Positions 1 to 7,480 of a stretch of 64,000 nucleotides of DNA are shown here, one piece after another. The first letter of the stretch is position 1; each line of letters starts with the position of its first letter. Under the pieces are notes generated by a model, which was not told the DNA's origin, ran no database searches, and worked only from the letters and a program-made list of their open reading frames with translations. Position numbers and translations under genes: made by a program. This DNA is from a virus, in IMG/VR virus record IMGVR_UViG_3300034022_000278, positions 24,043 through 88,042 of that record; one strand, 5' to 3'.

Positions 1-54
1 CTAACTCTTAAAGAGTTGATATGCCATATCCTTTAATAAGGGTATGGCTTAATT

Positions 55-137
55 TAATTAATTGTAGTAGAATAGTAAGTCCATTAAGTTGGTGATACAC
101 CAGCAACATTATGTTGTGTAACTACTACAATTAATTA
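55..137 (+). ncRNA. Long stem-enclosed structured element
   Basis: Perfect 16-bp inverted repeat TAATTAATTGTAGTAG (55-70) / CTACTACAATTAATTA (122-137) in non-coding DNA. Confidence 0.35.
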
Positions 138-232
138 CTCTCATCCAAGCAGGAGAAGTTCTTCCACTTAGAGAAGAATATGACAAGCACTTTGAAATAG
201 TAAGTGCCAAGGGTTGCAACCTTGTGAGAGTA
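136..232 (+). ncRNA. Cloverleaf-like structured RNA of unknown class
   Basis: Closing stem TACTCTCA/TGAGAGTA, internal hairpins TTCTTC/GAAGAA and GCACTT/AAGTGC, and a 5-bp stem CAAGG/CCTTG with 7-nt loop GTTGCAA stacked directly on the closing stem. Confidence 0.45.
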
Positions 233-259
233 CTATTTATTAACATTTAAATTAAAGAA

Positions 260-469
260 ATGTATTCACAGAAAAATATTACGAATCAAAGGTTCACTGT
301 AAGATTTTGTGCTGTTGCAAATTATTTAGGATTTAAAAAGATTGGATCTTTTGAAAAACTCCTTAATCAAATGCAGCCAAACAATAAAATTACATTTGGA
401 CCTAGTCATGTCCGAGTATGTAGATTACTCGCAGAAATAAATGACTTTAAAAAATATGAAGCTGAATAA
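260..469 (+). CDS. Hypothetical protein
   Basis: 69-aa ORF with A-rich upstream region typical of this genome. Confidence 0.55.
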   Translation: MYSQKNITNQRFTVRFCAVANYLGFKKIGSFEKLLNQMQPNNKITFGPSHVRVCRLLAEINDFKKYEAE

Positions 470-481
470 TAGTAAGCTTCA

Positions 482-620
482 TATTTGTAATGCACCATTC
501 TCACTTCCCAAAGAATGAGCAGTTGTAATCTAAGTAAGACAGATAGCCTAGGAGTGATGCCTAGTGAAACCCTGATAGTTCAAACGTAGAGAGATTACAA
601 CTGAGTGCAGAGGGGTAATA
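482..620 (+). ncRNA. Twister-like self-cleaving ribozyme (type P1, large P5 insertion, possibly degenerate)
   Basis: UAA-UGCAC ... UUCCCAA ... GUGCA-GA-GGGG order matches twister L1/P2/T1; P4 CTCA/TGAG; 12-bp P5 CAGTTGTAATCT/AGATTACAACTG; T2 only partly pairs. Confidence 0.5.
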
Positions 621-624
621 CATT

Positions 625-761
625 ACAGTTGTAGTAAACTATGGGTTGAAATGTCCTGGGTAGGTAAGTAGTACATGGCACATTATAGCTGTGTTGCATA
701 TATCCTTTTTATAAGGCTCAGTCCCAAAATGTGCTATATAATACTAGTTTACTGCAACTGT
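625..761 (+). ncRNA. Long stem-enclosed structured RNA candidate
   Basis: 17-bp stem ACAGTTGTAGTAAACTA (625-641) / TAGTTTACTGCAACTGT (745-761) whose only non-Watson-Crick pair is U-G on the + strand; inner GGCACAT/ATGTGCT stem. Confidence 0.4.
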
Positions 762-798
762 TTTGTATTTATTTAACTTATACTTAAAAATTTAATTT

Positions 799-945
799 AT
801 GATGTTTGAAGATGCACAAGATATGTTTATGTTATACAGCATATCACCTGAATTAACGTGTACTTGTGATGAAGTTCATGAATGTCAACAATGTTGGGAA
901 GAAAGAAAAGCTGACAGAGATGTAGCTGCTATTGAACCAATTTAA
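799..945 (+). CDS. Small Cys-rich (CxC...CxxC) protein
   Basis: 48-aa ORF MMFEDAQ...TCTCDEVHECQQCWEE..., read by hand (below track cutoff). Confidence 0.6.
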   Translation: MMFEDAQDMFMLYSISPELTCTCDEVHECQQCWEERKADRDVAAIEPI

Positions 946-1172
946 GAAATATATGTCAGTGTGGGTGATTCCTGTAACAGCTGGCTAAATACATGCATCT
1001 GAAATAATGATGTATTGTCGCTATCTACTAGCTATAAAAAAGACTAATCATCTTAGTAGAAAAGCATCGCCTTAAACTTAGTAATAAGAGAGGAAAGACT
1101 ACCAACACAGTAAGATGCACGCATAAGCTTTTAATAGTTTGCTTATGTATTTTTAAACTTAAACTTAAACTT

Positions 1173-1325
1173 ATGAAAAGAAAGAATTTAGCGCATATAT
1201 TTACAGGAATGTTTACTATATGTTTGTTATTAGGAGCAATCCTGATGATTGGTGGTAATCACCTAGGAGATTTAATAGTAATATCTTCAGCTATAGGAGC
1301 AACAGCTACCTTTGCAATATCTTAA
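1173..1325 (+). CDS. Small two-TM membrane protein
   Basis: 50-aa ORF MKRKNLAHIFTGMFTICLLLGAILMIGG..., two hydrophobic stretches. Confidence 0.6.
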   Translation: MKRKNLAHIFTGMFTICLLLGAILMIGGNHLGDLIVISSAIGATATFAIS

Positions 1326-1367
1326 TTAAAATTGAGCAGCAGATAATCTTATACTGTAATGCTCAAT

Positions 1368-1381
1368 AGACTTTATAAGTC
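1368..1381. repeat. 14-bp hairpin repeat copy 1 (AGACTTTATAAGTC)
   Basis: Identical to 2299-2312; GACTT/AAGTC stem with 3-nt loop. Confidence 0.55.
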
Positions 1382-1616
1382 AGTAGAATCCTCTTGTTAT
1401 AGCTTAATCAAGAGGATTCTTTAAAGATATCACAATGAAACATCTAATAAATCAAAGTTATGAAACAAATATTAGTAGGCAATTATTGGATAAATGTAAA
1501 TGATTTAACATATAGTTATTCAAAATATCCAAAAAGAATCTTAGTAAAATATTAAATAAAAGATTAATTTAGTAAATAGAACTTGTAGTTCTGGGTAATA
1601 ATTTAAAAAGCACATT

Positions 1617-1871
1617 ATGGACTTTGAAAACGATTACATATATAGACTTGAGCTTGTCTTCGATGAAGATGATGTATTAGTCTATAATATTATCTCACCT
1701 GATGATGATGAGGTAATTAAAAACATTGAGGATGATCTATATTCTAAGTATTTACACAAAGAATCAGATAGATCTAAGTATAAATTTACCAAGCTTTGGA
1801 CTTTTGAAGCTGGTATAAAGATAGCGGTAATAGCTAATACAGCTATTAACCGAAAGTATGCATTAAACTAA
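1617..1871 (+). CDS. Hypothetical protein
   Basis: 84-aa acidic ORF. Confidence 0.65.
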   Translation: MDFENDYIYRLELVFDEDDVLVYNIISPDDDEVIKNIEDDLYSKYLHKESDRSKYKFTKLWTFEAGIKIAVIANTAINRKYALN

Positions 1872-1935
1872 GGATGCCACAGGACTAAACATTGATAAGC
1901 CTGTTTAAAAATTGGATGTACGTAGAAATACGTAA

Positions 1936-2018
1936 TATATTGTTGCCTTGAGAAAGCAAGACTAAAAACATGTAGAGACATAAACAGTCCTACACAATAT
2001 AAATGAGTTCTCAGCAAA
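1936..2018 (+). ncRNA. Kissing-loop RNA motif, copy 1
   Basis: ATATTGT/ACAATAT stem; hairpin with CTTGAGAAA loop; 3' GAGTTCTCAG complementary to that loop; paralog at 3765-3888. Confidence 0.55.
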
Positions 2019-2298
2019 TAGTTAATGTGTCACAGTCTATATATAATGTATAGAATACCTCTTACTATATGACCCTATTCTTGTATAATACAAGTCAAAG
2101 GGTGCTAAAAGTAATTAGTAATTCATAGGTAAGTTCTTGGTGGAAGAAGCGTGTTCCACTATCTTTTTTTAATTAAATAGAGTGAAATCTATTTATTTAC
2201 TGCGATAAACAGTTCTTTATTTTACCAGTAATGGTTGTTAGCACCGTCAAGAAAATACAACCAAATTACATTTTATGTACATGCTCGTGTATGTGAAA

Positions 2299-2312
2299 AG
2301 ACTTTATAAGTC
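2299..2312. repeat. 14-bp hairpin repeat copy 2 (AGACTTTATAAGTC)
   Basis: Identical to 1368-1381. Confidence 0.55.
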
Positions 2313-2365
2313 TGTGTTTTAGAGCAAAATCTATAAATTATTTATCTTTAAAAAACAAAATTATT

Positions 2366-2878
2366 ATGAAAAAAGTAACATTAGTATCAGCAAAAGGAGT
2401 AAAAGGAAACAAAGTGCAATTAACGTTTTCTCAAATTGTAGAAACGGGTAAAGCACCAACAGGTCTATTAGGCATCTTGAATGCAAGTGATGAAAGATTT
2501 AATCAGTCTAAGCCTCGTTTGGCTTGGTTGACTGCACAGCCTGCAGATGTAAAGCTTCAATTTGGTCTAGATGTTTCTGGATTAGCTGAAGGAGAAGAGT
2601 TAGAAATTGATATGGTTGATCCTAAAATTACGGGAGATGATCGTTCTTTGAATCTTCAAATTACAGAAACTACAAAAGGTAGTGACTATGATGTTGCAAA
2701 CTTTGAAACTCGTGCTAAAAGAGCAGGTAAAGATGGTGAATTCATTATGAGCAATGGTATGTATATCTATGTCAACACTACTGTTGTTGTAGGTGAGCCA
2801 AAGCACACTTTGATTGCAGACACAACTCGTCAAGCTGTTACAGGTAGTTCAGCAATTGCTGACGCATTAGGTATTTAA
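2366..2878 (+). CDS. Hypothetical protein, probably highly expressed
   Basis: 170-aa ORF with its own terminator and biased codon use. Confidence 0.85.
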   Translation: MKKVTLVSAKGVKGNKVQLTFSQIVETGKAPTGLLGILNASDERFNQSKPRLAWLTAQPADVKLQFGLDVSGLAEGEELEIDMVDPKITGDDRSLNLQITETTKGSDYDVANFETRAKRAGKDGEFIMSNGMYIYVNTTVVVGEPKHTLIADTTRQAVTGSSAIADALGI

Positions 2879-2888
2879 TATCTGAAGC

Positions 2889-2924
2889 AAAGGGGGAATA
2901 GTAAATCTATTCTCCCTTTTATTT
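2889..2924 (+). terminator. Rho-independent terminator
   Basis: AAAGGGGGAATAG/CTATTCTCCCTTT stem followed by T-rich tract. Confidence 0.8.
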
Positions 2925-2946
2925 TAATTACCTAAATAATCCCATC

Positions 2947-3210
2947 ATGCAAGAAACAAAACCAAGAGTAATTATTACTGAATTGGGAGTATACTTACGA
3001 GCAATAGAGCTTGAGTATAAGCCTAAAAATAATGAGCATAGAGCTCAATTAATAACTGATAACTTTCCTGTGCTGTGTCTTGAAGAAGACATTGAAGAAT
3101 ATGAGGAAATGTGCTATTATAGTAGCTTAGCAGAGAGCCAAGACTACGATTTAATAGGTAAAAGAGACAATTATTGTAGACAATTAGGAAGATCAAATCC
3201 TTTTTATTAA
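2947..3210 (+). CDS. Hypothetical protein
   Basis: 87-aa ORF. Confidence 0.7.
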   Translation: MQETKPRVIITELGVYLRAIELEYKPKNNEHRAQLITDNFPVLCLEEDIEEYEEMCYYSSLAESQDYDLIGKRDNYCRQLGRSNPFY

Positions 3211-3229
3211 ACATTTAAATATTAGGAAT

Positions 3230-3487
3230 ATGACAACACATTTAAGAGTATCAACTTACTATAATGATGAACATCCTCAAAGGATGATGAAAAGATTAGG
3301 TATTACCTATCAGCATTCAACACCACAAAGTATGGGTGACCAATGGTGGTTCTGGAATTGTGAAAATGTACCTGACCCTTTACCTGAGCATACTAGCATT
3401 TTGGAATGCAACGACCCTATGGAAATGATTGGTTGGGGACTATCAAAAGAGGACGCTGAAAAAATACGTGATTACACTTTGTTATAA
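3230..3487 (+). CDS. Hypothetical protein
   Basis: 85-aa ORF. Confidence 0.7.
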   Translation: MTTHLRVSTYYNDEHPQRMMKRLGITYQHSTPQSMGDQWWFWNCENVPDPLPEHTSILECNDPMEMIGWGLSKEDAEKIRDYTLL

Positions 3488-3764
3488 TTAAAATTAATGA
3501 ACTGTGAGTACCGATAATCCGCCAAATACATAATTATTTTATAGTTTTGGCACAGTATAAAATTACCCCGCTAGAAGTAAACAAATAATAAATGCCGCAC
3601 CTCTTGCGAGTGCTTAATGGATGACTTAACATCTACGGTAAATTGTTAGAATCCATATCAAGGTGGAGTTGTTTGTGGAAGGATATAAATAGAAATAATC
3701 CCGTCCTAGACGGTGTAAATACTAAACTACTATATTCAGCAACTTGGGCTGACAGGGTATGTTA

Positions 3765-3888
3765 TTGTGTTGTTCCCTTGAGAAAGGAGCACGAGCTATA
3801 ATTCATCAGCTATTGAAGAAGGTACATCGGAATAATGGTGTAGAGATTATATGCTGGTTTGTAACAACACAGAGGAGTTCTTAACCTC
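3765..3888 (+). ncRNA. Kissing-loop RNA motif, copy 2
   Basis: TGTGTTG/CAACACA stem; TTCC-CTTGAGAA-AGGAG hairpin; GAGG-AGTTCTTAA-CCTC hairpin whose loop pairs with TTGAGAA. Confidence 0.55.
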
Positions 3889-3893
3889 AACAT

Positions 3894-3969
3894 AGTGAGG
3901 TGGCGTAATGAGGCGAGGTTGCCGAGTCCTATATGGTTGCTTTACGGTTCGAGTCCGCCCTCACTGCCA
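3894..3969 (+). tRNA. tRNA-like RNA with encoded CCA, anticodon undetermined
   Basis: Acceptor AGTGAGG/CCTCACT + G + CCA; T-loop CGG-TTCGAGT-CCG; D and anticodon arms poorly formed. Confidence 0.55.
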
Positions 3970-4132
3970 TTAGCCCTCTGCCTAGCGCTGGGTATGGATC
4001 GAAGATAGGGATAGCCTCTTGAACGTTAGTTAGAATGTTTCGGCATTCTTTAATCAATGCGCACTACGCCTTCCGAATCGTGTGTCGGCACAGTTTGTAC
4101 GTTCTGGGGATAATACAAAGACGTACATTTTT

Positions 4133-4203
4133 AGTCAGGTGGTGTATTTGGTAAACACAACTAGTTTTTAGGAGGATAGCAGGTTCGATTCCTGTCCTGG
4201 CTA
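4133..4203 (+). tRNA. tRNA-like RNA with shortened anticodon arm
   Basis: Acceptor AGTCAGG/CCTGGCT, D arm GTGT/ACAC, T arm GCAGG-TTCGATT-CCTGT; anticodon arm only CTA/TAG. Confidence 0.65.
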
Positions 4204-4218
4204 CTAAAATTAAATGTT

Positions 4219-4320
4219 ATGAAAAATGAAAACTGGTGGAATGGTTTCCTAGTGGGAATTATTATCGGAGGTGTGATTGGAATAATTATACTTGATTTAG
4301 TTCAACGAGGAATACTGTAA
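4219..4320 (+). CDS. Small single-TM protein
   Basis: 33-aa ORF MKNENWWNGFLVGIIIGGVIGIIIL... Confidence 0.55.
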   Translation: MKNENWWNGFLVGIIIGGVIGIIILDLVQRGIL

Positions 4321-4327
4321 AGAAAAT

Positions 4328-4481
4328 AGTCAGGTGGCGGAAATATGAGAGACGCAAGAGGTAGAGTTTGGTCTGTAACAGGGATAACTGGTGAGGACAC
4401 ATCTAACAATTTCACGGAGGGTCTAAAAAAGTGAAAGCGGAAAACCTAAGTTACGTGCAGGGGCAGTTCCTGTCCTGACTA
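4328..4481 (+). ncRNA. tRNA-like RNA with ~100-nt multibranch domain replacing the anticodon arm
   Basis: Acceptor AGTCAGG/CCTGACT, D stem GCG/CGC, T stem GCAGG/CCTGT with atypical loop GGCAGTT; same ends as 4133-4203. Confidence 0.6.
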
Positions 4482-4591
4482 CTAATTAAATTAAATAACA
4501 ATGGAATATCTTATAATTGCAATTGTAGTATTTGCAGCATTTATTTTAAGTGAAGTAAATCACTAATTATTAACCATCTAAAACAAAAGTT

Positions 4592-5140
4592 ATGAATTAT
4601 AAATTTAATGAAGAGAAACTATCCTTTGAGGTATATACAAAGAATTATTTAAATGTAATTCTAATTGTATTATTTACTGCATTAGTATCAGTTAGTGCTA
4701 CATTATTAGTACAAACAAAAAAGTTAGATAGAATTAAATATGTAACTGAAGAAACAAGAATGTTGGTAATTCAACAAGAAAATGCGTTTAGTGAAGAAAA
4801 ATTGAGAGAATATATTATTGGACTTAATGTAAAGTTTCCTCACATAGTATTTGCTCAAGCTAAGTTAGAATCAGGTTATTTTAAGTCAACTATTTTTAGA
4901 GAAAATAATAACTTATTCGGTATGAAGATAGCAACTAGAAGACCTACTACTAACAAAGGTGAAAACAGAGGGCATGCTGCATTTGATTCATGGAAAGAGT
5001 CTGTTGTAGATTATGCATTCTATCAAGCTAGATACTTAGGGGATATTAGGACAGAGGCAGAGTATATACAATATCTTAAAGCTAACTATGCTGAAGATCC
5101 AAAGTATATAGAAAAAGTAATTAAATTAAGTAGAAAATGA
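4592..5140 (+). CDS. Membrane-anchored glucosaminidase/FlgJ-like (GH73) peptidoglycan hydrolase
   Basis: N-terminal TM; motifs AQAKLESG, NNLFGMK, YAEDPKY. Confidence 0.85.
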   Translation: MNYKFNEEKLSFEVYTKNYLNVILIVLFTALVSVSATLLVQTKKLDRIKYVTEETRMLVIQQENAFSEEKLREYIIGLNVKFPHIVFAQAKLESGYFKSTIFRENNNLFGMKIATRRPTTNKGENRGHAAFDSWKESVVDYAFYQARYLGDIRTEAEYIQYLKANYAEDPKYIEKVIKLSRK

Positions 5141-5421
5141 GCCATACAAGAGTAAAAACAACTTATAGTATAGAAGGATCATGGGGCAGTACTGAGACTA
5201 AAACTTTGTATTGCCACCATAACCATAGCTGTGATGTAACTACATTTTATGATGAAGATGGTGACGTAACATCTATGTCATTTGCGGACTGGGAGTCAGG
5301 TCATGACTTATGGGACGCTATGCAGAAGTTATGGTTTCCATTTAAGGATGAATGGGGAGAAGAATTAAAAGATGGTGTAGAGCATTACTTTATACCACCT
5401 TGGGAAAATAAAACTAAATAA
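5137..5421 (+). CDS. Hypothetical protein
   Basis: 94-aa ORF, ATGA overlap with previous gene. Confidence 0.75.
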   Translation: MSHTRVKTTYSIEGSWGSTETKTLYCHHNHSCDVTTFYDEDGDVTSMSFADWESGHDLWDAMQKLWFPFKDEWGEELKDGVEHYFIPPWENKTK

Positions 5422-5423
5422 TT

Positions 5424-5702
5424 ATGACAAATAAAAACATTGATAAAGCAATAATGCATTGTTATAGGGAGTTGTTTGCAAATGCAACTCCCGCAGCATC
5501 ATTTGATGAGCTATTAAAGAACTCTACAGTAAATGAAAGAGGGCAAAGAGAAATACCTTTTATGGACTATGAAATAGAAGAGTCTGTCTTTGATGAAATA
5601 GTAGAAGATACTACTAAGCTTTATAAAATCAAACACAAGATTTTTAAGCAATCATTTAAAAATACAATATTATTTGGATGTAGTCCTAAATTTAAAAAAT
5701 AA
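5424..5702 (+). CDS. Hypothetical protein
   Basis: 92-aa ORF in tightly packed array. Confidence 0.75.
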   Translation: MTNKNIDKAIMHCYRELFANATPAASFDELLKNSTVNERGQREIPFMDYEIEESVFDEIVEDTTKLYKIKHKIFKQSFKNTILFGCSPKFKK

Positions 5703-5706
5703 AAAG

Positions 5707-5904
5707 ATGGAAGGAACATTAGTTAAAAAAGGTAAAAAATGGATTGTTAAGTATACTGAAGATGGTAACTTATTAGAAATGGAAGTTGATTCTTATCAAG
5801 CTGATGCTCTTAATGCATCTAAAAACAACCATAAAGTCGTATTTGAACAAATATGGATTAAAGAAAAGAAATGGATAGCATTAATATCATTTAAAACTAT
5901 TTAA
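5707..5904 (+). CDS. Hypothetical protein (likely start MEGTL)
   Basis: Track ORF 5674-5904; ATG at 5707 follows previous stop with A-rich leader. Confidence 0.7.
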   Translation: MEGTLVKKGKKWIVKYTEDGNLLEMEVDSYQADALNASKNNHKVVFEQIWIKEKKWIALISFKTI

Positions 5905-5905
5905 C

Positions 5906-6124
5906 ATGAACAGCAAGACAATTACAATAGAGTTAGAAAACGTTCAACTAAATGTTGGATATTACTTTACTGCAGCGTATGAATCTGATGAACAAGAGTT
6001 AGAAAATATGCATTTAGAATTAATTCACACTGTATCTGGAGATGATATAACTGAATTATTACATCATTATGATGAGAAGATTAGAGAAATAATCTATGAG
6101 CAATTAAATCATTTAAATAATTAA
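5906..6124 (+). CDS. Hypothetical protein
   Basis: 72-aa ORF. Confidence 0.7.
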   Translation: MNSKTITIELENVQLNVGYYFTAAYESDEQELENMHLELIHTVSGDDITELLHHYDEKIREIIYEQLNHLNN

Positions 6125-6127
6125 AAG

Positions 6128-6604
6128 ATGGAAGCAAAATTAATTAAAACAAAAGTTGGATATCATCTTTGGTTAAATCCTGAAACAAAAGAACAACAAC
6201 ATATTGCCTCAGACTGTGAAATAGTAAGTGATAATGGGGCAGATTTAAGAAAGTATAAACTATCCCTCAAAAACTGTCAAGTAATTGAACGTGGTTATGA
6301 TTTGGATGAGTTGGTTAAAGAACAATATCCTATTGATGAACCATCATTTAAAAGAGGGTTTAAATTATCACTTGAGGTAAATTCTGATAAAAGATTTACT
6401 TTAGAAGATATGATTAAATGTTTTAACGCTTCTATAGATGAAGGGTGGGTACGAGCAGATTTTTACATTCAATCACTACAACAAACTGAATGGGATGTTG
6501 AGATAGTTATGGAAGATTCAATTGGAATTGGAGATAAGTACACTCCAAATACTAAACCAAAGTTAGATGCAGATGGTTGCATTATATTAAAACGTAAGAT
6601 ATGA
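6128..6604 (+). CDS. Hypothetical protein
   Basis: 158-aa ORF. Confidence 0.8.
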   Translation: MEAKLIKTKVGYHLWLNPETKEQQHIASDCEIVSDNGADLRKYKLSLKNCQVIERGYDLDELVKEQYPIDEPSFKRGFKLSLEVNSDKRFTLEDMIKCFNASIDEGWVRADFYIQSLQQTEWDVEIVMEDSIGIGDKYTPNTKPKLDADGCIILKRKI

Positions 6605-6726
6605 AACAAAGAATAGCAGACTGGTTATTTAACTTTTGGTATAACAATCATACTCATCATTGGGTTGCATTTGACCCAAATAGTTTAAGAGAAAAATGTA
6701 GATATTGTAAAGTAATTAAAACATAA
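6601..6726 (+). CDS. Small protein with HxH...CxxC motif
   Basis: 41-aa ORF MKQRIADW...HTHHW...KCRYCK; ATGA overlap. Confidence 0.55.
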   Translation: MKQRIADWLFNFWYNNHTHHWVAFDPNSLREKCRYCKVIKT

Positions 6727-6729
6727 GAT

Positions 6730-7038
6730 ATGGAACAAGAACTAAACTTAAATTGTTTTGATTGTAATAAATCATTACAAGATTGTGCTTGTATGGAAGA
6801 TACAATTGATATGAAACAAGAAACACTAGAAGAAGTTGCATTAAGATTATACCCTGAAGAATGGAATTGGAGAGAAAAACGAATATTCAAAGAAGGCGCT
6901 AAATGGCAAGCAGAAAGAATGTATAGTGAGGAAGATATAAAAAATGCATTCCTTGAAGGTTGGGAGTTAAGAGATGGAGAATTAACTTTCCGTAAAGCTA
7001 AGAATAAATGGTTTAAACAATTTAAAAAAAATAGCTAA
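6730..7038 (+). CDS. Hypothetical protein (CxxC...CxC N-terminus, KQETLEE module)
   Basis: 102-aa ORF. Confidence 0.75.
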   Translation: MEQELNLNCFDCNKSLQDCACMEDTIDMKQETLEEVALRLYPEEWNWREKRIFKEGAKWQAERMYSEEDIKNAFLEGWELRDGELTFRKAKNKWFKQFKKNS

Positions 7039-7102
7039 GATATTAACCAAAACCATCATAAATAGTAATAAATAGCTATTATAATGGCTAAAACAAACAA
7101 TT

Positions 7103-7480
7103 ATGATTACAATTTTTAGAAATGGATATGTACTTTTATTAAGTTACAGTCCTTGCGAAGTCTTTACTTATTTTAATGTAAAAGAAATGCATGGCTTATC
7201 TTACATAGAATGTGATGCTTATGCAAATACAAAAGATAGTGCTTATATAGCAGGGTGGAGTAACTTTGTGCCTAAAGAATTTGGTGAATATACAAATGAT
7301 AATCCAAGATATGTATTTATAAACTTGTCGAGGTGTGGTACAGACATTGAAACATTTGGATTGATTATGCATGAGTTAATGCATCAGTCTTTTCACATGC
7401 ATAAAGATGAAGAGGACATAATCACATGGGCTGAGTTAGAGTCCTATGAAGTATTTAAACTTGTAAAAGAAAACTTATGA
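7103..7480 (+). CDS. Putative zincin-like metalloprotein
   Basis: HELMH (HExxH) followed by EE. Confidence 0.6.
   Translation: MITIFRNGYVLLLSYSPCEVFTYFNVKEMHGLSYIECDAYANTKDSAYIAGWSNFVPKEFGEYTNDNPRYVFINLSRCGTDIETFGLIMHELMHQSFHMHKDEEDIITWAELESYEVFKLVKENL

Noticed and set aside
560-580. Hammerhead core (GAAAC ... CTGATAG)
   Set aside because: Elements are adjacent with no room for stems or a cleavage triplet, and CTGATAG is not CTGANGA
3500-3760. tmRNA: ATAAAT-GCC...GCT-TAA reads like a resume site and tag (AAPLASA*)
   Set aside because: No GGGG 5' end, no G3-U70 acceptor or T arm/CCA associated; region is probably structured but cannot be called tmRNA
3894-3969. Amber suppressor tRNA (CTA in the anticodon region)
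   Set aside because: CTA is preceded by C not U33, no proper 5-bp anticodon stem forms, and the genome shows no recoding
4378-4391. ACAGGGATAACTGG resembles the LSU rRNA peptidyl-transferase segment
   Set aside because: Only 14 nt with no flanking similarity; compatible with chance
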